Made by a program: the position numbers and the translations under genes. A stretch of 55,602 nt of DNA, filler included, from Nanobdellati archaeon (lineage in GTDB: Archaea > Nanobdellota > Nanobdellia > Woesearchaeales > JAADFO01): NCBI GenBank assembly GCA_013152815.1. It is 3 parts of 3 records of this genome, joined end to end, with 100 filler letters (N's around TTAATTAATTAA, not from the genome) between each part and the next. Parts side by side here need not be neighbours in the genome. Positions count along the whole stretch, not along the records: positions 1 to 13,997 come from JAADFO010000070.1; 2 more parts are not named here. One strand, 5' to 3'. The notes under the pieces were generated by a model. That model did no database searches. It saw only the letters and a list, made by a program, of their open reading frames with translations, and was not told the origin of the DNA. Shown here piece after piece: positions 1 to 11,000 of the stretch (position 1 is the stretch's first letter; the number at the start of each line of letters is the position of its first letter).

Positions 1-29
1 AAACAATCCTTCGTCGTCTCTATGTTCAT
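1..29 (-). CDS. 5' end of probable HEPN-domain toxin (partial, runs off window)
   Basis: ATG at 29-27 overlaps the MNT stop (ATGA) and reads MNIETTKDC. The HEPN assignment is from gene context only. Confidence 0.45.
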
Positions 30-577
30 CGTTCTTTCACCAACGGCAGTTCTCCCTCGAGGGGGATACCGTTGATGATGACGTCCTGATAAAACGCCCT
101 GTCCTGTTTTTGCTTCTTCTTCCATTCAGCCCAGGAAAAGATGTGGTGATTGATGGGTTTCCCGAGCTTTTTCTCGAAAGAGGAAAGGTCTGTCTTCGTC
201 TTCTTGCCGATGATCACCAGGTCAATATCGCTTTGCCTGTCATCGGTTCCTGTGGCGACCGATCCAAAAAGCACCATCGATGTCACCGCAGGGACGGTTT
301 CCTTGAGGTAGGGAACAAGACCGCTTTCCTGTATGTTCTGCAGGTTTTCTGCTATCTTCAGATGCCGGTATGCCGGATTGCTGTTGTTTGCCCTGAACAT
401 GCGTAGATTCGCCTGTTTCCTTTCCACGATCTGGTTGTTTGCCAGGAGCATATCTGCATATTTCTTGATGGCAAAGGGGCTTATCTTCAGGGTCCTTGAT
501 AGTTCCCGAAGATGAATCTCTTTATAAGGATTTTCGAGAAAAAACCGGAGGATTTTCAGTGCTGTCGAAATGCTCAT
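26..577 (-). CDS. wHTH + minimal nucleotidyltransferase (MNT) antitoxin
   Basis: LFGSVATG-x5-SDIDLVII polymerase-beta motif; N-terminal HTH (EIHLRELSR); AAAGCTTTTTATAT BRE/TATA about 20 bp upstream of ATG 577. Confidence 0.85.
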   Translation of the reverse strand: MSISTALKILRFFLENPYKEIHLRELSRTLKISPFAIKKYADMLLANNQIVERKQANLRMFRANNSNPAYRHLKIAENLQNIQESGLVPYLKETVPAVTSMVLFGSVATGTDDRQSDIDLVIIGKKTKTDLSSFEKKLGKPINHHIFSWAEWKKKQKQDRAFYQDVIINGIPLEGELPLVKER

Positions 578-747
578 GGGTTGTTTTTCTTTTTGACATA
601 TAAAAAGCTTTTGTATCAACTATGAAAACAACTGTTTTTATTTCTGATACACTTCAGACTTGCATTCGAATCATGCACGACTGAACGTCTTAGACGAACG
701 GTCCTCGCCAAAGAAGAAAGAGCATAAGAACCCGGATCATCAGAGAA

Positions 748-1047
748 TCAGACGATGTCGTTCAGATGATAATTGCCTGCGCCCGTATTCGGCAGCGTGG
801 GTTGGATAATTTCCTGATTCTTATTGTCTAATCTGCTGTTCATCACTGCATTCTGTTGTTCTGGTGCTAGAATGTTGAATGCATATATCGCAAGTAACGC
901 TGCTGCACTTATGCCGACCACTCCCGCAAGAGCCGAGATGAGATCTGTTTCATCGGCTGCTTTTTGTTCAGAAACATTGAAGGTATTAGCTCTCCAATTG
1001 ATGTAGCTGTCTACTAATTTCTCATAGCCTTTGAAAAGATTCATCAT
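748..1047 (-). CDS. hypothetical single-TM membrane protein, AT-rich
   Basis: 99-aa ORF with one hydrophobic segment (LISALAGVVGISAAALLAIYAF). Confidence 0.55.
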   Translation of the reverse strand: MMNLFKGYEKLVDSYINWRANTFNVSEQKAADETDLISALAGVVGISAAALLAIYAFNILAPEQQNAVMNSRLDNKNQEIIQPTLPNTGAGNYHLNDIV

Positions 1048-1073
1048 AATTGCTAGTTAGCTGAAACCTATTT

Positions 1074-1736
1074 TTATATCTTTCTTAGCTTTGCCGGGAT
1101 GCTGTTCCAGTCCTCCAGGAACTTTTTGATGCCGTTGTCCGTAAGGGCGTGCTTGAACATGCCGTCCAGGACCTTCTTCGGGATGGTCATGATGTCTGCT
1201 CCGAGCAATGCTGCCTGCTTCGCGTGGTCGGTATGCCGAAGGCTCGCGGCCAGGATCTTGGTGTCGAAGCCATAGTTGTCGAACACGTCCCTGATCTCGG
1301 CGATGAGTTCCATGCCCGTATGGCCGATGTCATCAAGCCTTCCCACAAAAGGCGAGACGTAGTATGCTCCGGCCTTGGCAGCCAAAAGTGCCTGGTTGGC
1401 CGAGAAGACCAGGGTGACATTGCACCGGATGCCCTCTTTTTTGAGCGCTTTCACCGCTTTCAAACCTTCGGGTGTCATGGGGACCTTCACGACGACCTTC
1501 TTGGACAGCTTCGACAGGATACGCGCTTCCTTGATCATGCCCTCTGCGTCCAGAGAGACGGTCTCTGCCGATACTGACTGTATCTGCGGGATCTTCGCGA
1601 TGTCCTTGATGCGTTGCTTGAAATCCTTGCCTTCCTTCGCGACAAGGCTGGGATTGGTGGTGACGCCGTCGATGACACCCATCTCGGCGCCTTTCTTGAT
1701 ATCTTCGATGTTCGCTGTGTCTAGAAATATCTCCAT
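1074..1736 (-). CDS. tal: transaldolase / fructose-6-phosphate aldolase family (short TalC type)
   Basis: [24 protein letters not shown] (Schiff-base Lys), [32 protein letters not shown] before ATG 1736. Confidence 0.93.
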   Translation of the reverse strand: MEIFLDTANIEDIKKGAEMGVIDGVTTNPSLVAKEGKDFKQRIKDIAKIPQIQSVSAETVSLDAEGMIKEARILSKLSKKVVVKVPMTPEGLKAVKALKKEGIRCNVTLVFSANQALLAAKAGAYYVSPFVGRLDDIGHTGMELIAEIRDVFDNYGFDTKILAASLRHTDHAKQAALLGADIMTIPKKVLDGMFKHALTDNGIKKFLEDWNSIPAKLRKI

Positions 1737-1746
1737 TGGTAACACC

Positions 1747-2100
1747 TCATGTTTTGACCGATCCGATGATGAGCAGCACTCCGCAGAGTCCCTGCACATA
1801 TCCCTCGTATAAAAGTGACCATGTCGGGATGCCGAAACCTATCCATCCTGCGTTGTTGGCCATGGGCAACGCAAGATACAGCCCCACAAGCAGGCCGGAG
1901 AGCAGGGTCAGTGTCCTGAGCATATGCTGTTCTCCGAAACCGTCGATGATGAGGAAGATGAGGGAAGCCAGCAGGACTCCTGGCCAGACCCTGCCGGGCA
2001 GGGTGATGAAGCGTATGCCGAACTGGGGCAGCAGGCCGAAGACGACCAGCAGGACTCCCAGGAGCAGGCTTGTCCCTTCCTTGATACCGAACTGCGTCAT
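1747..2100 (-). CDS. hypothetical multi-pass membrane protein
   Basis: 117 aa with about four hydrophobic segments, co-oriented with tal. Confidence 0.65.
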   Translation of the reverse strand: MTQFGIKEGTSLLLGVLLVVFGLLPQFGIRFITLPGRVWPGVLLASLIFLIIDGFGEQHMLRTLTLLSGLLVGLYLALPMANNAGWIGFGIPTWSLLYEGYVQGLCGVLLIIGSVKT

Positions 2101-2231
2101 CCGGGACAGGAAAAGCCAACGGGTCTTTAAAAGAGTTATGGAAGTGTGCTTCCCTGACAGGTCCTGCTATGATACGCCACACTGAAGAGGTGCTGGTTGA
2201 GAAAAAGGAAAAGAGAAAAAAAGAAAAGACC

Positions 2232-3047
2232 TTATTTGGCCTTTACTTTGACGGTCTTCATTTCTTTCCAGGCCATGTCGAAGAGATTTTGCAGTGCCGA
2301 AGCGAAGAAGGGCGTGTTGACCCAGATACCCACATCGTAGGTCGGGTGCACCTCGTTGTCGTCCATCACCATGAAGATGATCTCCTTGCCGTCGACGATG
2401 ACGAACCGCGCCTTGGCGTCGGTGTTCCGTACCTCGGCGAACTTGGCGATGTCCTTGATGGCTCCCTGAGCCTCTTTGGTGACCGGTGCCGCGATCCTTA
2501 TCTTGACTCCCCTCTTCTTGAGCATCTCGAACGTCGGCAGGAAGCCTTCGATCTTGCGCATCAGGCCCTGGGCCGTGGTCATGATGATCACGCTCTCCTC
2601 GGCGTTGCGGATGGTGAGCTCCATGTGGTTGTAGAGGTTGTGCCTTCCTCGGAGGCTGCCGGACAGGTCAGACGGTTCGACCAGTTCCACGCCCTGGGTA
2701 TGAAGTGCGTTGAGCTCATCGACCACGTCGGTCGCCTTGAGGTCCTCAAGCCGTTTGATCTTCTCATCGGCGTCCTCTTTCATGTTCTTCTTGACCCGTT
2801 CAAGGACTTCCTGGGGCGGCACAGCGATGTACTTGATGGGCTTTCCCAGCTTCATGATGACAAAGCCCTTCTTCTCAAGGCTTTCAAGAACATCATATGA
2901 ACGGGATCGCGGGACATTTGCTATGTCTGAGAGCTCCCCTGCTGTAGAGACTCCTCTAGAAAGTAAAGCAGTCCATATCTTGACCTCGTAGAGGTTCAAT
3001 GAAAAATATCGTCGCAGTTTGCTTAAAAATTCCTCTTTGACAATCAT
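2232..3047 (-). CDS. trmB: TrmB-family (TrmBL2-like) transcriptional regulator / chromatin protein
   Basis: LNLYEVKIWTALL...AGELSDIANVPRSRSYDVLESLEKKGF wHTH; C-terminal PLD-like RFVIVDGKE. Confidence 0.92.
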   Translation of the reverse strand: MIVKEEFLSKLRRYFSLNLYEVKIWTALLSRGVSTAGELSDIANVPRSRSYDVLESLEKKGFVIMKLGKPIKYIAVPPQEVLERVKKNMKEDADEKIKRLEDLKATDVVDELNALHTQGVELVEPSDLSGSLRGRHNLYNHMELTIRNAEESVIIMTTAQGLMRKIEGFLPTFEMLKKRGVKIRIAAPVTKEAQGAIKDIAKFAEVRNTDAKARFVIVDGKEIIFMVMDDNEVHPTYDVGIWVNTPFFASALQNLFDMAWKEMKTVKVKAK

Positions 3048-3446
3048 GTTTCCCCCCCTCCTCTTTTTTACTTCCTGATAACAATAGCCATCAGACAGTA
3101 AATAAAGTTTAGGGCACTACTATTAAAATGTTATGGTTTTTTACCAGTAGCTAGTGTCAACAACTTCCCTTCCACCGCCCTTTTTCTTATCATAGAGTAA
3201 ATAACAACATGCACTCCTGTGGTATAGAAACATAGGATATATTTAAAGATATCCCAAATCATCCTTAGTGGGGAATATACATTGGAGACCGCCCATCTTT
3301 CGTCATAAAAATGTGGTGAAACGGGCTTTCTCGTCGATAAACTTCTCCAAACAGAAGCATTTGCGTCCATTCCGACAAAGAATGACCGAAAGAATAAAAA
3401 CAAGAGACAGCAGAAAAGAACAAAAAAAGAAGTGACCGGTGTTGCA

Positions 3447-5417
3447 TCACCGTCGGTCTGAAATGAGCGTCTCCACCACTTCAGGGTTCGCGAGGGTCGT
3501 CATGTTGCCCACATCATCCTCTCCTGCAGCGATCTTCTTCAGGATCCTCCGCATGATCTTCCCTGACCGGGTCTTCGGAAGGGATTCGGCGAACTGGATC
3601 TTGTCAGGCTTTGCGATGGGTCCGATCTCCTGGGAGACATGTTCCCTGAGCTCTTTGACCAGGTCGTCGCTGCCATCGATGCCCTTGTCCAGGGTGACGA
3701 AGGCGTAGAGCGCCTGGCCCTTGATGTCATGGGGGAACGGGACGACCGCGGCCTCAGCCACCATGGGATGGCTGACGAGGGCGCTCTCGACCTCTGCGGT
3801 GCCGATACGATGCCCTGATACGTTGATGACATCATCGAGCCGTCCAAGGATCCAGAAGTCCCCCTCCTCATCGACACGGGCGCCGTCGCCGGTGAGATAC
3901 ATGCCGGGAAAGCGTGAGAAGTAAGTCTCGATATATCTTTGGTGGTCGCCCCAGACGGTCCGCAGCATGGACGGCCAGGGTTTCCTGATGACCAGATTGC
4001 CGCCCTCATTGACCTTTGCCTCTTTCCCGTCCTCCTTGAGCACGACAGGGTCGATGCCGAAGAACGGACGCATGGCAGCTCCTGGCTTGAGGCTCATGCA
4101 GGGCAAGGGTGTCATGAGGAACCCTCCTGTCTCGGTCTGCCACCAGGTGTCCATGATGGGGCATCTCCCTTTGCCGATCACCGTGTGATACCACATCCAT
4201 GCTTCGGGGTTGATGGGCTCTCCGACCGAACCGAGGATCTTGAGCGATGACAGGTCGTACTTGTCGGGGAACTCGTCACCGAACCTCGCCACCGCGCGGA
4301 TTGCCGTGGGAGCGGTATAGAAGATGTTGACCTTGAACTTCTCGACGACCTGCCAGAACCGTCCTGCATCGGGATAGGTGGGGATGCCCTCGAACATGAG
4401 CGTCGTGGCTCCATTTGCTAGGGGCCCATAGGTGATATAGCTGTGTCCTGTTATCCAGCCGATGTCTGCGGTGCACCAGTAGATGTCGCCCTCATGGTAG
4501 TTGAAGACGTACTTGAAGGTCAGGGCAGTGTAGAGCAGGTAGCCGCCGGTGGTGTGCAGGACCCCTTTGGGTTTTCCGGTGGTGCCGCTCGTATAGAGGA
4601 TGAAGAGCGGGTCCTCTGCCTTCATGGGCTCAACTTCGCAGGTAGGTGTCACGCCTTCCATCTCGTCGTGCCACCAGAGGTCCCTCCCTTCGCGCATCTC
4701 GACGTCTTCCCTGGTCCTCTGGACCACGATGACCTTCTCGATGGTCTGGGTCCCTTCCAATGCCTTGTCCGCGTTCTTCTTCAGCGGCACTTTTTTCGGG
4801 CCGTGGAAACCACCGTCAGAGGTCAGGAGCATCCTTGCCTGGGAGTCGTTGATCCTGTCCTTGAGGCTCTCGGCGCTGAAACCGCCGAAGACGATGGAAT
4901 GGATGATGCCCAGCCGCGAGCAGGCGAGCATGGCGATGGCGAGCTCAGGGACCATGGGAAGGTACATGCAGATCCGGTCCCCTTTCTTCAGGCCATGCTT
5001 CTTGAGGACGTTGGCGAACCTGCAGACCTCTGCATGCAGCTCCTTGTAGGTGAAGGTACGCACCTCATCGTCTTCGTTGCCCTGCCAGATGATGGCCTGC
5101 TGGTCTCCTTTGGTTTCAAGATGGCGGTCGATGCAGTTGTAGCAGACGTTGAGTTCCCCTCCGGAGAACCACTCGCATTTTACCTCTTTGGGGTCCCACC
5201 GCAGGACCTTGTCCCACTTCTTGGTCCAATGGAGCATCTCTGCCTTCTCTGCCCAGAACGTCTCGGGATTGTCGATGGATTCCTTATGGAGCCGCTCGTA
5301 TTCCTCGAAGCTCTTGATGTAAGCTGTGTCGAGCATTTCTTTCGGCGGATCAAACCGTCGATTCTCGTGCATCATGGATGTTATTGCATCATCATCGTTC
5401 TCTTTGTGCTGGGGCAT
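3447..5417 (-). CDS. acs: AMP-forming acetyl-CoA synthetase
   Basis: YTSGTTGKPKG, WCTADIGWITGHSY, DTWWQTETGG, SGHRIGTAEVE, PKTRSGKIMRR. Confidence 0.97.
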   Translation of the reverse strand: MPQHKENDDDAITSMMHENRRFDPPKEMLDTAYIKSFEEYERLHKESIDNPETFWAEKAEMLHWTKKWDKVLRWDPKEVKCEWFSGGELNVCYNCIDRHLETKGDQQAIIWQGNEDDEVRTFTYKELHAEVCRFANVLKKHGLKKGDRICMYLPMVPELAIAMLACSRLGIIHSIVFGGFSAESLKDRINDSQARMLLTSDGGFHGPKKVPLKKNADKALEGTQTIEKVIVVQRTREDVEMREGRDLWWHDEMEGVTPTCEVEPMKAEDPLFILYTSGTTGKPKGVLHTTGGYLLYTALTFKYVFNYHEGDIYWCTADIGWITGHSYITYGPLANGATTLMFEGIPTYPDAGRFWQVVEKFKVNIFYTAPTAIRAVARFGDEFPDKYDLSSLKILGSVGEPINPEAWMWYHTVIGKGRCPIMDTWWQTETGGFLMTPLPCMSLKPGAAMRPFFGIDPVVLKEDGKEAKVNEGGNLVIRKPWPSMLRTVWGDHQRYIETYFSRFPGMYLTGDGARVDEEGDFWILGRLDDVINVSGHRIGTAEVESALVSHPMVAEAAVVPFPHDIKGQALYAFVTLDKGIDGSDDLVKELREHVSQEIGPIAKPDKIQFAESLPKTRSGKIMRRILKKIAAGEDDVGNMTTLANPEVVETLISDRR

Positions 5418-5579
5418 AGTATCACTCCTTTTTGTCCTTTTTTGTGGTCGAATGGTGTATCTTTTATGGGTCGTTCCCTGTTGAATGCATATTTAAATGT
5501 TGTGGGATTAAATGTTATGGGGTGGCTGGGTCAGCAGACGACACCTTTTCCGGTGTACTCCTGCAGAATGAGCGAATGC

Positions 5580-6971
5580 TCAGATGCGGACTTCGGTCCC
5601 GTCGTGCATCATGTGGACGGTCTTTCCGGTCTCATAGCCCATCTCCTTCGCGAGTTCTTTCGTGGCCGAGGTCATCTCGACCGTGCCGTGGCTGGGGATG
5701 ATGTGCTCGGGCCTGACGAAATTGATCAGGTCCCTGATGTCCTCCCGTGCTGCGTGGCCTGAGACATGGATGTCCTTGAATATCCGCACGCCATAGTGCT
5801 TGAGGTTCTGCTCGAGATATTCCCTGTTTGCTATGTTGGTGGGTGAGGGGATGGTCTTGCAGGAGAAGATGACATGGTCCTCATGGCCGAAGCGGTAGTC
5901 GGTCTTCTCGTCCACCATCTTGGAGAGGGTGGATTTCGGTTCGCCCTGATGACCGGTCACGACGAGCACGTACTTCTGCTTGCCGTCCTTGACGACCTGC
6001 TTGAGCTTGCGTTTGATCTGCTTCCAGTACCGCACGAGCTCCACTTCCTTGGAGAAATGGACCAGGCCGATGTCTTCTGCAGCATAGGTGTATTTGGTGA
6101 GGCTTCTTCCAAGGAAGACGACCTTCCTGTTCAGCTTCTTGCCGTATTCGATGATGGATTTGAGCCGCGCGATGTGCGATGAGAAGGTCGTCACGAGGAT
6201 GCCTTTCCCCCTGTTGTCGGTCCCGAGCATCACGTCCTTGAGCATCTGCTTGGCCACCGATTCGGAAGGCATCTTCATGTGGGACCGTGAATAGGTCGAG
6301 TCGACGATCAATGCCCTGATGCCTTTCTTGCCCAGTTCCTTGAGACGCTCGAAGTTGGGTTTCTTCCCGAGCGTGGGATACAGGTCGAACTTAAAGTCGT
6401 TTGCGTAGAGGATGATTCCTTCGGGCGTGTGCAGGGCGATCATGGCGCTCTGCGGTGTGGAATGGGTGGTGTTGATGAACTCGGCCTTCAGGTTCTTGGT
6501 TATCTTGACCGTGCTGTTGGGCGTGACGCTGGTTATCCTGTTGGGTAGGTTGATCTTCTCGTCCTGCAGGGTCTTGTTCAGCACCGACATGGTGAACGGG
6601 GTCCCGTAGATGCCTGCTTTCTTGAAGCGCCTGGCGAGGAACGGGATGGCTCCGATGTGGTCCAGGTGGGCGTGGCTGGGCAGGATGGCCTTGACCTGCA
6701 GGGCCTTCTTCCCGAGAAGGGTGACGTCGGGGACTGCCTCTGCAGCGATGAGCTCATCAGGAGAATATTTGATGATGTCTCCCTCTTCGGTCAGCTTGAT
6801 GTAGTTGTCCAGCTGGATGCCCATGTCGAAGAGGACGGTCTCGCCGTTGACGGTCACTGCCGTCATGTTCTTCCCGACCTCATCATAGCCGCCGATGGCC
6901 TGGATGGTTATCATGCGCTTAGAATCTTTTACTTCCTTAAGAGCTTTCTGGTTCTTCTTCTCCATTTTCAT
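5580..6971 (-). CDS. rnj: RNase J family metallo-beta-lactamase/beta-CASP ribonuclease
   Basis: GGYDEVGKNMTAV, SHAHLDHIG, THSTP, DFKFD, TGHQGEP, HVSGHA, IIPSHG. Confidence 0.93.
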   Translation of the reverse strand: MKMEKKNQKALKEVKDSKRMITIQAIGGYDEVGKNMTAVTVNGETVLFDMGIQLDNYIKLTEEGDIIKYSPDELIAAEAVPDVTLLGKKALQVKAILPSHAHLDHIGAIPFLARRFKKAGIYGTPFTMSVLNKTLQDEKINLPNRITSVTPNSTVKITKNLKAEFINTTHSTPQSAMIALHTPEGIILYANDFKFDLYPTLGKKPNFERLKELGKKGIRALIVDSTYSRSHMKMPSESVAKQMLKDVMLGTDNRGKGILVTTFSSHIARLKSIIEYGKKLNRKVVFLGRSLTKYTYAAEDIGLVHFSKEVELVRYWKQIKRKLKQVVKDGKQKYVLVVTGHQGEPKSTLSKMVDEKTDYRFGHEDHVIFSCKTIPSPTNIANREYLEQNLKHYGVRIFKDIHVSGHAAREDIRDLINFVRPEHIIPSHGTVEMTSATKELAKEMGYETGKTVHMMHDGTEVRI

Positions 6972-6986
6972 TCCTCGTTCCCATTC

Positions 6987-7997
6987 CTAATTCCCGATAT
7001 ATTTCTGGAACCAGGGGAAGCGCAGAAGGTTAATGAATCCCACCAGCCCGATCTTTTGTAGCCAGGGAGATCGGACCAAATTCGCGATTGCAAGGAGCCG
7101 TTCCTGTCGTCGTTTATACTTGAGTATCTGCTTGAGGTATCTGAACGATGTGTTCGTTCCTAGAATATGCTCGGCTATGTCTTTCCCTGTGGCCATGGCA
7201 AACGATATCCCTTCGCCCGTCAGTGCAGACGTGACACCTGCTGCGTCGCCGGCCAGGAAAATGTTGCCATGCTTTATTCCCTCATACAAACAATTGACCG
7301 GCGCACCTTCAAATCTTGCATGCTCATAGGGAATGTGCATTTCCCTGAGCATATCATGCAATGCTTCTTTGGCCTCTCGCATGTTTATCCTCCGGGGGTC
7401 AAAAAAGATTCCGGCAGAAGTGAATTTTCTGTGCGGAAATACCCATCCATAACCGGCTCCAAGCTTCCTGGGATTATTGTACCACACAACTCGTCCTGCT
7501 TTTGTGGGAAGAATATATTGGATGCCCATGCTGATTCTTCTCTTTAATCCGAGATGGTTTCTCACTCGAGAAGCCGCCCCATCAGCACCCACAAGATACC
7601 GATAGCCTATGCGTTCTCCGTTGGAGGTCACGATCGCATTTTCGTTTATCTTGGTCATGGCTGTGCCTGTCCTGATGGTGATATTCTTGAATCTTCGTAG
7701 GCGTTCGACCTGGAAGGTGCCCAGATCTTCTCTTGCAATTGTCCGAAGAGGATTCCTGAGACGTATCTTCCTTTTCTTCTTGTCCATTTGGAATATCTGT
7801 TGATGAAATGCTCGTGTCAGCTTCTTGGGGATGGGAAATGACATGTCTAAAGCGGTCAGTCCACCTCCACATGTCTTTGGTCCGATTGTTTTTTTCTGTT
7901 CGAGAAGAAGCACAGCCAGTGAACAGCCACCCAACGTTTCAGCGCAAACAAGGCCCGCGGGACCGCCACCGATGATGATGACATCATAATCTGCCAT
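6987..7997 (-). CDS. geranylgeranyl-reductase-family FAD-dependent oxidoreductase
   Basis: IIGGGPAG Rossmann motif, PKTCGGGL, VGADGAAS, GYGWVFP, LAGDAAG...TGEGI. Confidence 0.85.
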   Translation of the reverse strand: MADYDVIIIGGGPAGLVCAETLGGCSLAVLLLEQKKTIGPKTCGGGLTALDMSFPIPKKLTRAFHQQIFQMDKKKRKIRLRNPLRTIAREDLGTFQVERLRRFKNITIRTGTAMTKINENAIVTSNGERIGYRYLVGADGAASRVRNHLGLKRRISMGIQYILPTKAGRVVWYNNPRKLGAGYGWVFPHRKFTSAGIFFDPRRINMREAKEALHDMLREMHIPYEHARFEGAPVNCLYEGIKHGNIFLAGDAAGVTSALTGEGISFAMATGKDIAEHILGTNTSFRYLKQILKYKRRQERLLAIANLVRSPWLQKIGLVGFINLLRFPWFQKYIGN

Positions 7998-8033
7998 GGA
8001 AGAAATAACACCTGTTCAGATATTAATATGTTC

Positions 8034-11000
8034 TTATTTGTACTCTCCCCAGCTCTTGACCTGCAGCCGTTCGTCTGCATGGTCGGCCAGGGCGTCGACA
8101 AAGGTATGGAACAGCTGGAGGTTGGTCACCAGGGGGACGGAAAAGTCCACCGCCGTCCGTCGCAGCAGGTATTCGTCCTCGACCACATCCTTGTTGAACT
8201 CGTCAGCGATGAAGACGGCGAGGTCGATCTTCCCTGTCTTGAGATAGCTGAGCACGTTGTCCTTCTTGTGCCGGTTATGTGCCTTGTAGAGCATGGTGCT
8301 GCGGATGCCCCGCTTCCTGAGGAATGCGGCGGTATGCTCGGTCGCATAGATGCGGTAGCCTATCTGGTGGAGTTTCCTGACGTCTTCCAGCGCCCTATAC
8401 TTGTTCCTCTCGCCACCGACGGAGACCAGCACATCCTTCCTGGGCAGGTTCATGTCGACCGCGAGCACCGCCTTGAGGAACGCTTCGTTGAGGTCGTCCC
8501 CCATGCAGGCGACCTCGCCGGTGGAGCTCATCTCGACCGACAGCACAGGATCAGCGCCCGATAGTCGCGAGAAGGAGAACTGGGGCGCCTTGACACCGAC
8601 ATAATCGATGTTGAGCATGCTCATGGTCGTCCTCGCCCGCTTTCCCATGATGGCCTTGGTCGCGAGCCCGATGAAGTTGACCTTGGACACCTTCGATACG
8701 AACGGGAAGCTCCTCGACGCCCGCAGGTTCAGTTCGATGACCCCTATCCTGTTCTTCTTCGCTATGAACTGGATGTTCAGCGGGCCGGTGATGTTGAATT
8801 CCTTGGCGATGGCCTTGGTGATGCGCTTGATGCGTCGTATGGTCTCGAGATAGAGGTTCTGGGGCGGGAACACCATGGTCGCGTCTCCTGAATGCACGCC
8901 GGCGTTCTCGATGTGTTCCGAGATCGCATAGGCCACGAGAGTCCCTTTCTTCGCGACGGCGTCGATCTCTATCTCCTTGGCGTTCATGATGAACCGAGTG
9001 ATGACCACCGGATGCTCCTTGGAGACTTCGGTCGCTTCCTTGAGGTATCGTTCTAATGTCCGGTCGTCGAAGGCGACGTTCATGGCGCTGCCCGACAGCA
9101 CATAGGACGGCCTGATGAGCACAGGATAGCCCACCTTCTCTGCGAACCGCTTCGCCTCCCTTACCGTGGTGAGCTCTTTCCAGGGAGGCTGGTCTATGCC
9201 TAGCCTGTCGAGGATGGCTGAGAATCTATGCCTGTTCTCTGCGTTGTCGATGGACTGCGGAGACGTCCCCAGGATGCGCATCCCTTCGCGCTGACAGGCC
9301 ATGGCGAGGTTGTTCGGTATCTGGCCACCCACCGAGAGGATGAGTCCCAGAGGCTGTTCCATCTCGTAGATGTCTCTCACCGTCTCGAAGGAGAGCTCGT
9401 CGAAATAGAGCCGGTCGCAGATGTCATAGTCGGTGGAGACCGTCTCGGGGTTGTAGTTGATCATCACCGTATGATAGCCGAGCTTCTTCAGGGTCTGGAC
9501 TGCCGTCACCGCACACCAGTCGAACTCCACCGACGACCCGATGCGATATGCGCCGCTGCCCAGGACGATGACGGTCTTCTTCTCTGAGGACGTGATATCG
9601 TGGTCCTGTCCGTTGTAGGTGAGATAGAGGTAGTTGGTCTTGGCGGGATACTCGGCAGCAAGGGTGTCGATCTGCCGGATGACCGGGAGGATGTTCCTCT
9701 TTTTTCTGGCCCGATAGACCGCTTCTTCGCTCTTGTTCTGCAGAAGTCCTATCTGCCTGTCCGAAAAGCCGTATCGCTTCGCTCTGCGAAGAAGAGAGGC
9801 GGTCATATGCCCCTTGCTGAGGTCAGTCTCCAACCCGATGATGTTCTGTATCTTTGCCAGGAACCACGGATCGATGCCCGAAAGACGGTGGATCTCCTCG
9901 ATGGAACGGCCCTGCCGGACGGCTTCTCCGACAGCGAAGACGCGTTTGTCGGTAGGCTGCCGCAGCTCTTCGGAGAGATTGTCGAAAGGAAGCGTATTGC
10001 CGGTGAGTCCGTTCATGCCCTGGCCGAGCATGCGTATGGCCTTCTGGAGAGCCTCCTCGAATTTCCGTCCGATGGCCATCACTTCTCCGACAGATTTCAT
10101 CTCCGTACCGATCTGTTTTTTCACTCTCCTGAACTTCTCCAGGTCCCATCTCGGGATCTTCAGGACCAGATAGTCCAGCGCCGGTTCAAAGCAGGCGAAG
10201 GTCTTCTTGGTCACCATGTTTGGCAGTTCGGTCAGATTATGGCCCAGACCCAGTTTCGCGGCGATGAAAGCAAGCGGATATCCTGTCGCCTTGGAAGCAA
10301 GTGCAGAGCTTCTGGACAGTCGGGCATTCACTTCGATGATGCGATAGTCGTCGCTGTTCGGGTCGAGGGCATATTGGATGTTGCATTCTCCGACGATTCC
10401 CAGTGCCCGGATGACCTTGATCGCGATCGTGCGGAGGCTGTGGTATTCCTTGTCGGTCAGGGTCTGCGAAGGGGCGACCACGATGCTCTCGCCGGTATGG
10501 ATGCCCAGCGGATCGAAATTCTCCATGTTGCAGACCGTGATGCAGTTGTCGAAGGAATCCCTCACCACCTCGTATTCGATCTCTTTCCAGCCTCCCAGAT
10601 ATTCCTCCACCAGGATCTGTCTGGCGGCCGAGAGCGCTTTGTCTGCGAGCCCTTCCAGTTCCCGTTCGTCCTTCGCGACCCCTGATCCTTTGCCGCCAAG
10701 GGCATAGGCCGCACGTACCATGACAGGGTATCCTATCTTCTTCGCTGCGTTGATGGCCGCCGTCATGGTTCGTACCGCCCGGCTTTTCGGTGTCTTGACG
10801 CCGATCTCACGAAGTTTCCTCGCGAAGAGTTTCCTGTCCTCGGTAAGGATGATGGATTCTACAGGGGTGCCCAATACCTTGACATTGTGTTTCCTGAGGA
10901 TGCCCTGCTCATGAAGCTCGACGCCGCAGTTCAAGGCGGTCTGTCCGCCGAACATCAGCATGATGCCGTCGGGCTTTTCCTTCTGGATGACCTTCTCCAC

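Noticed and set aside
4443..10685. Long antisense ORFs over acs and carB (also over gshA and the adhesin, e.g. 41687-43108)
   Set aside because: Shadows of GC3-rich genes with no motifs of their own.
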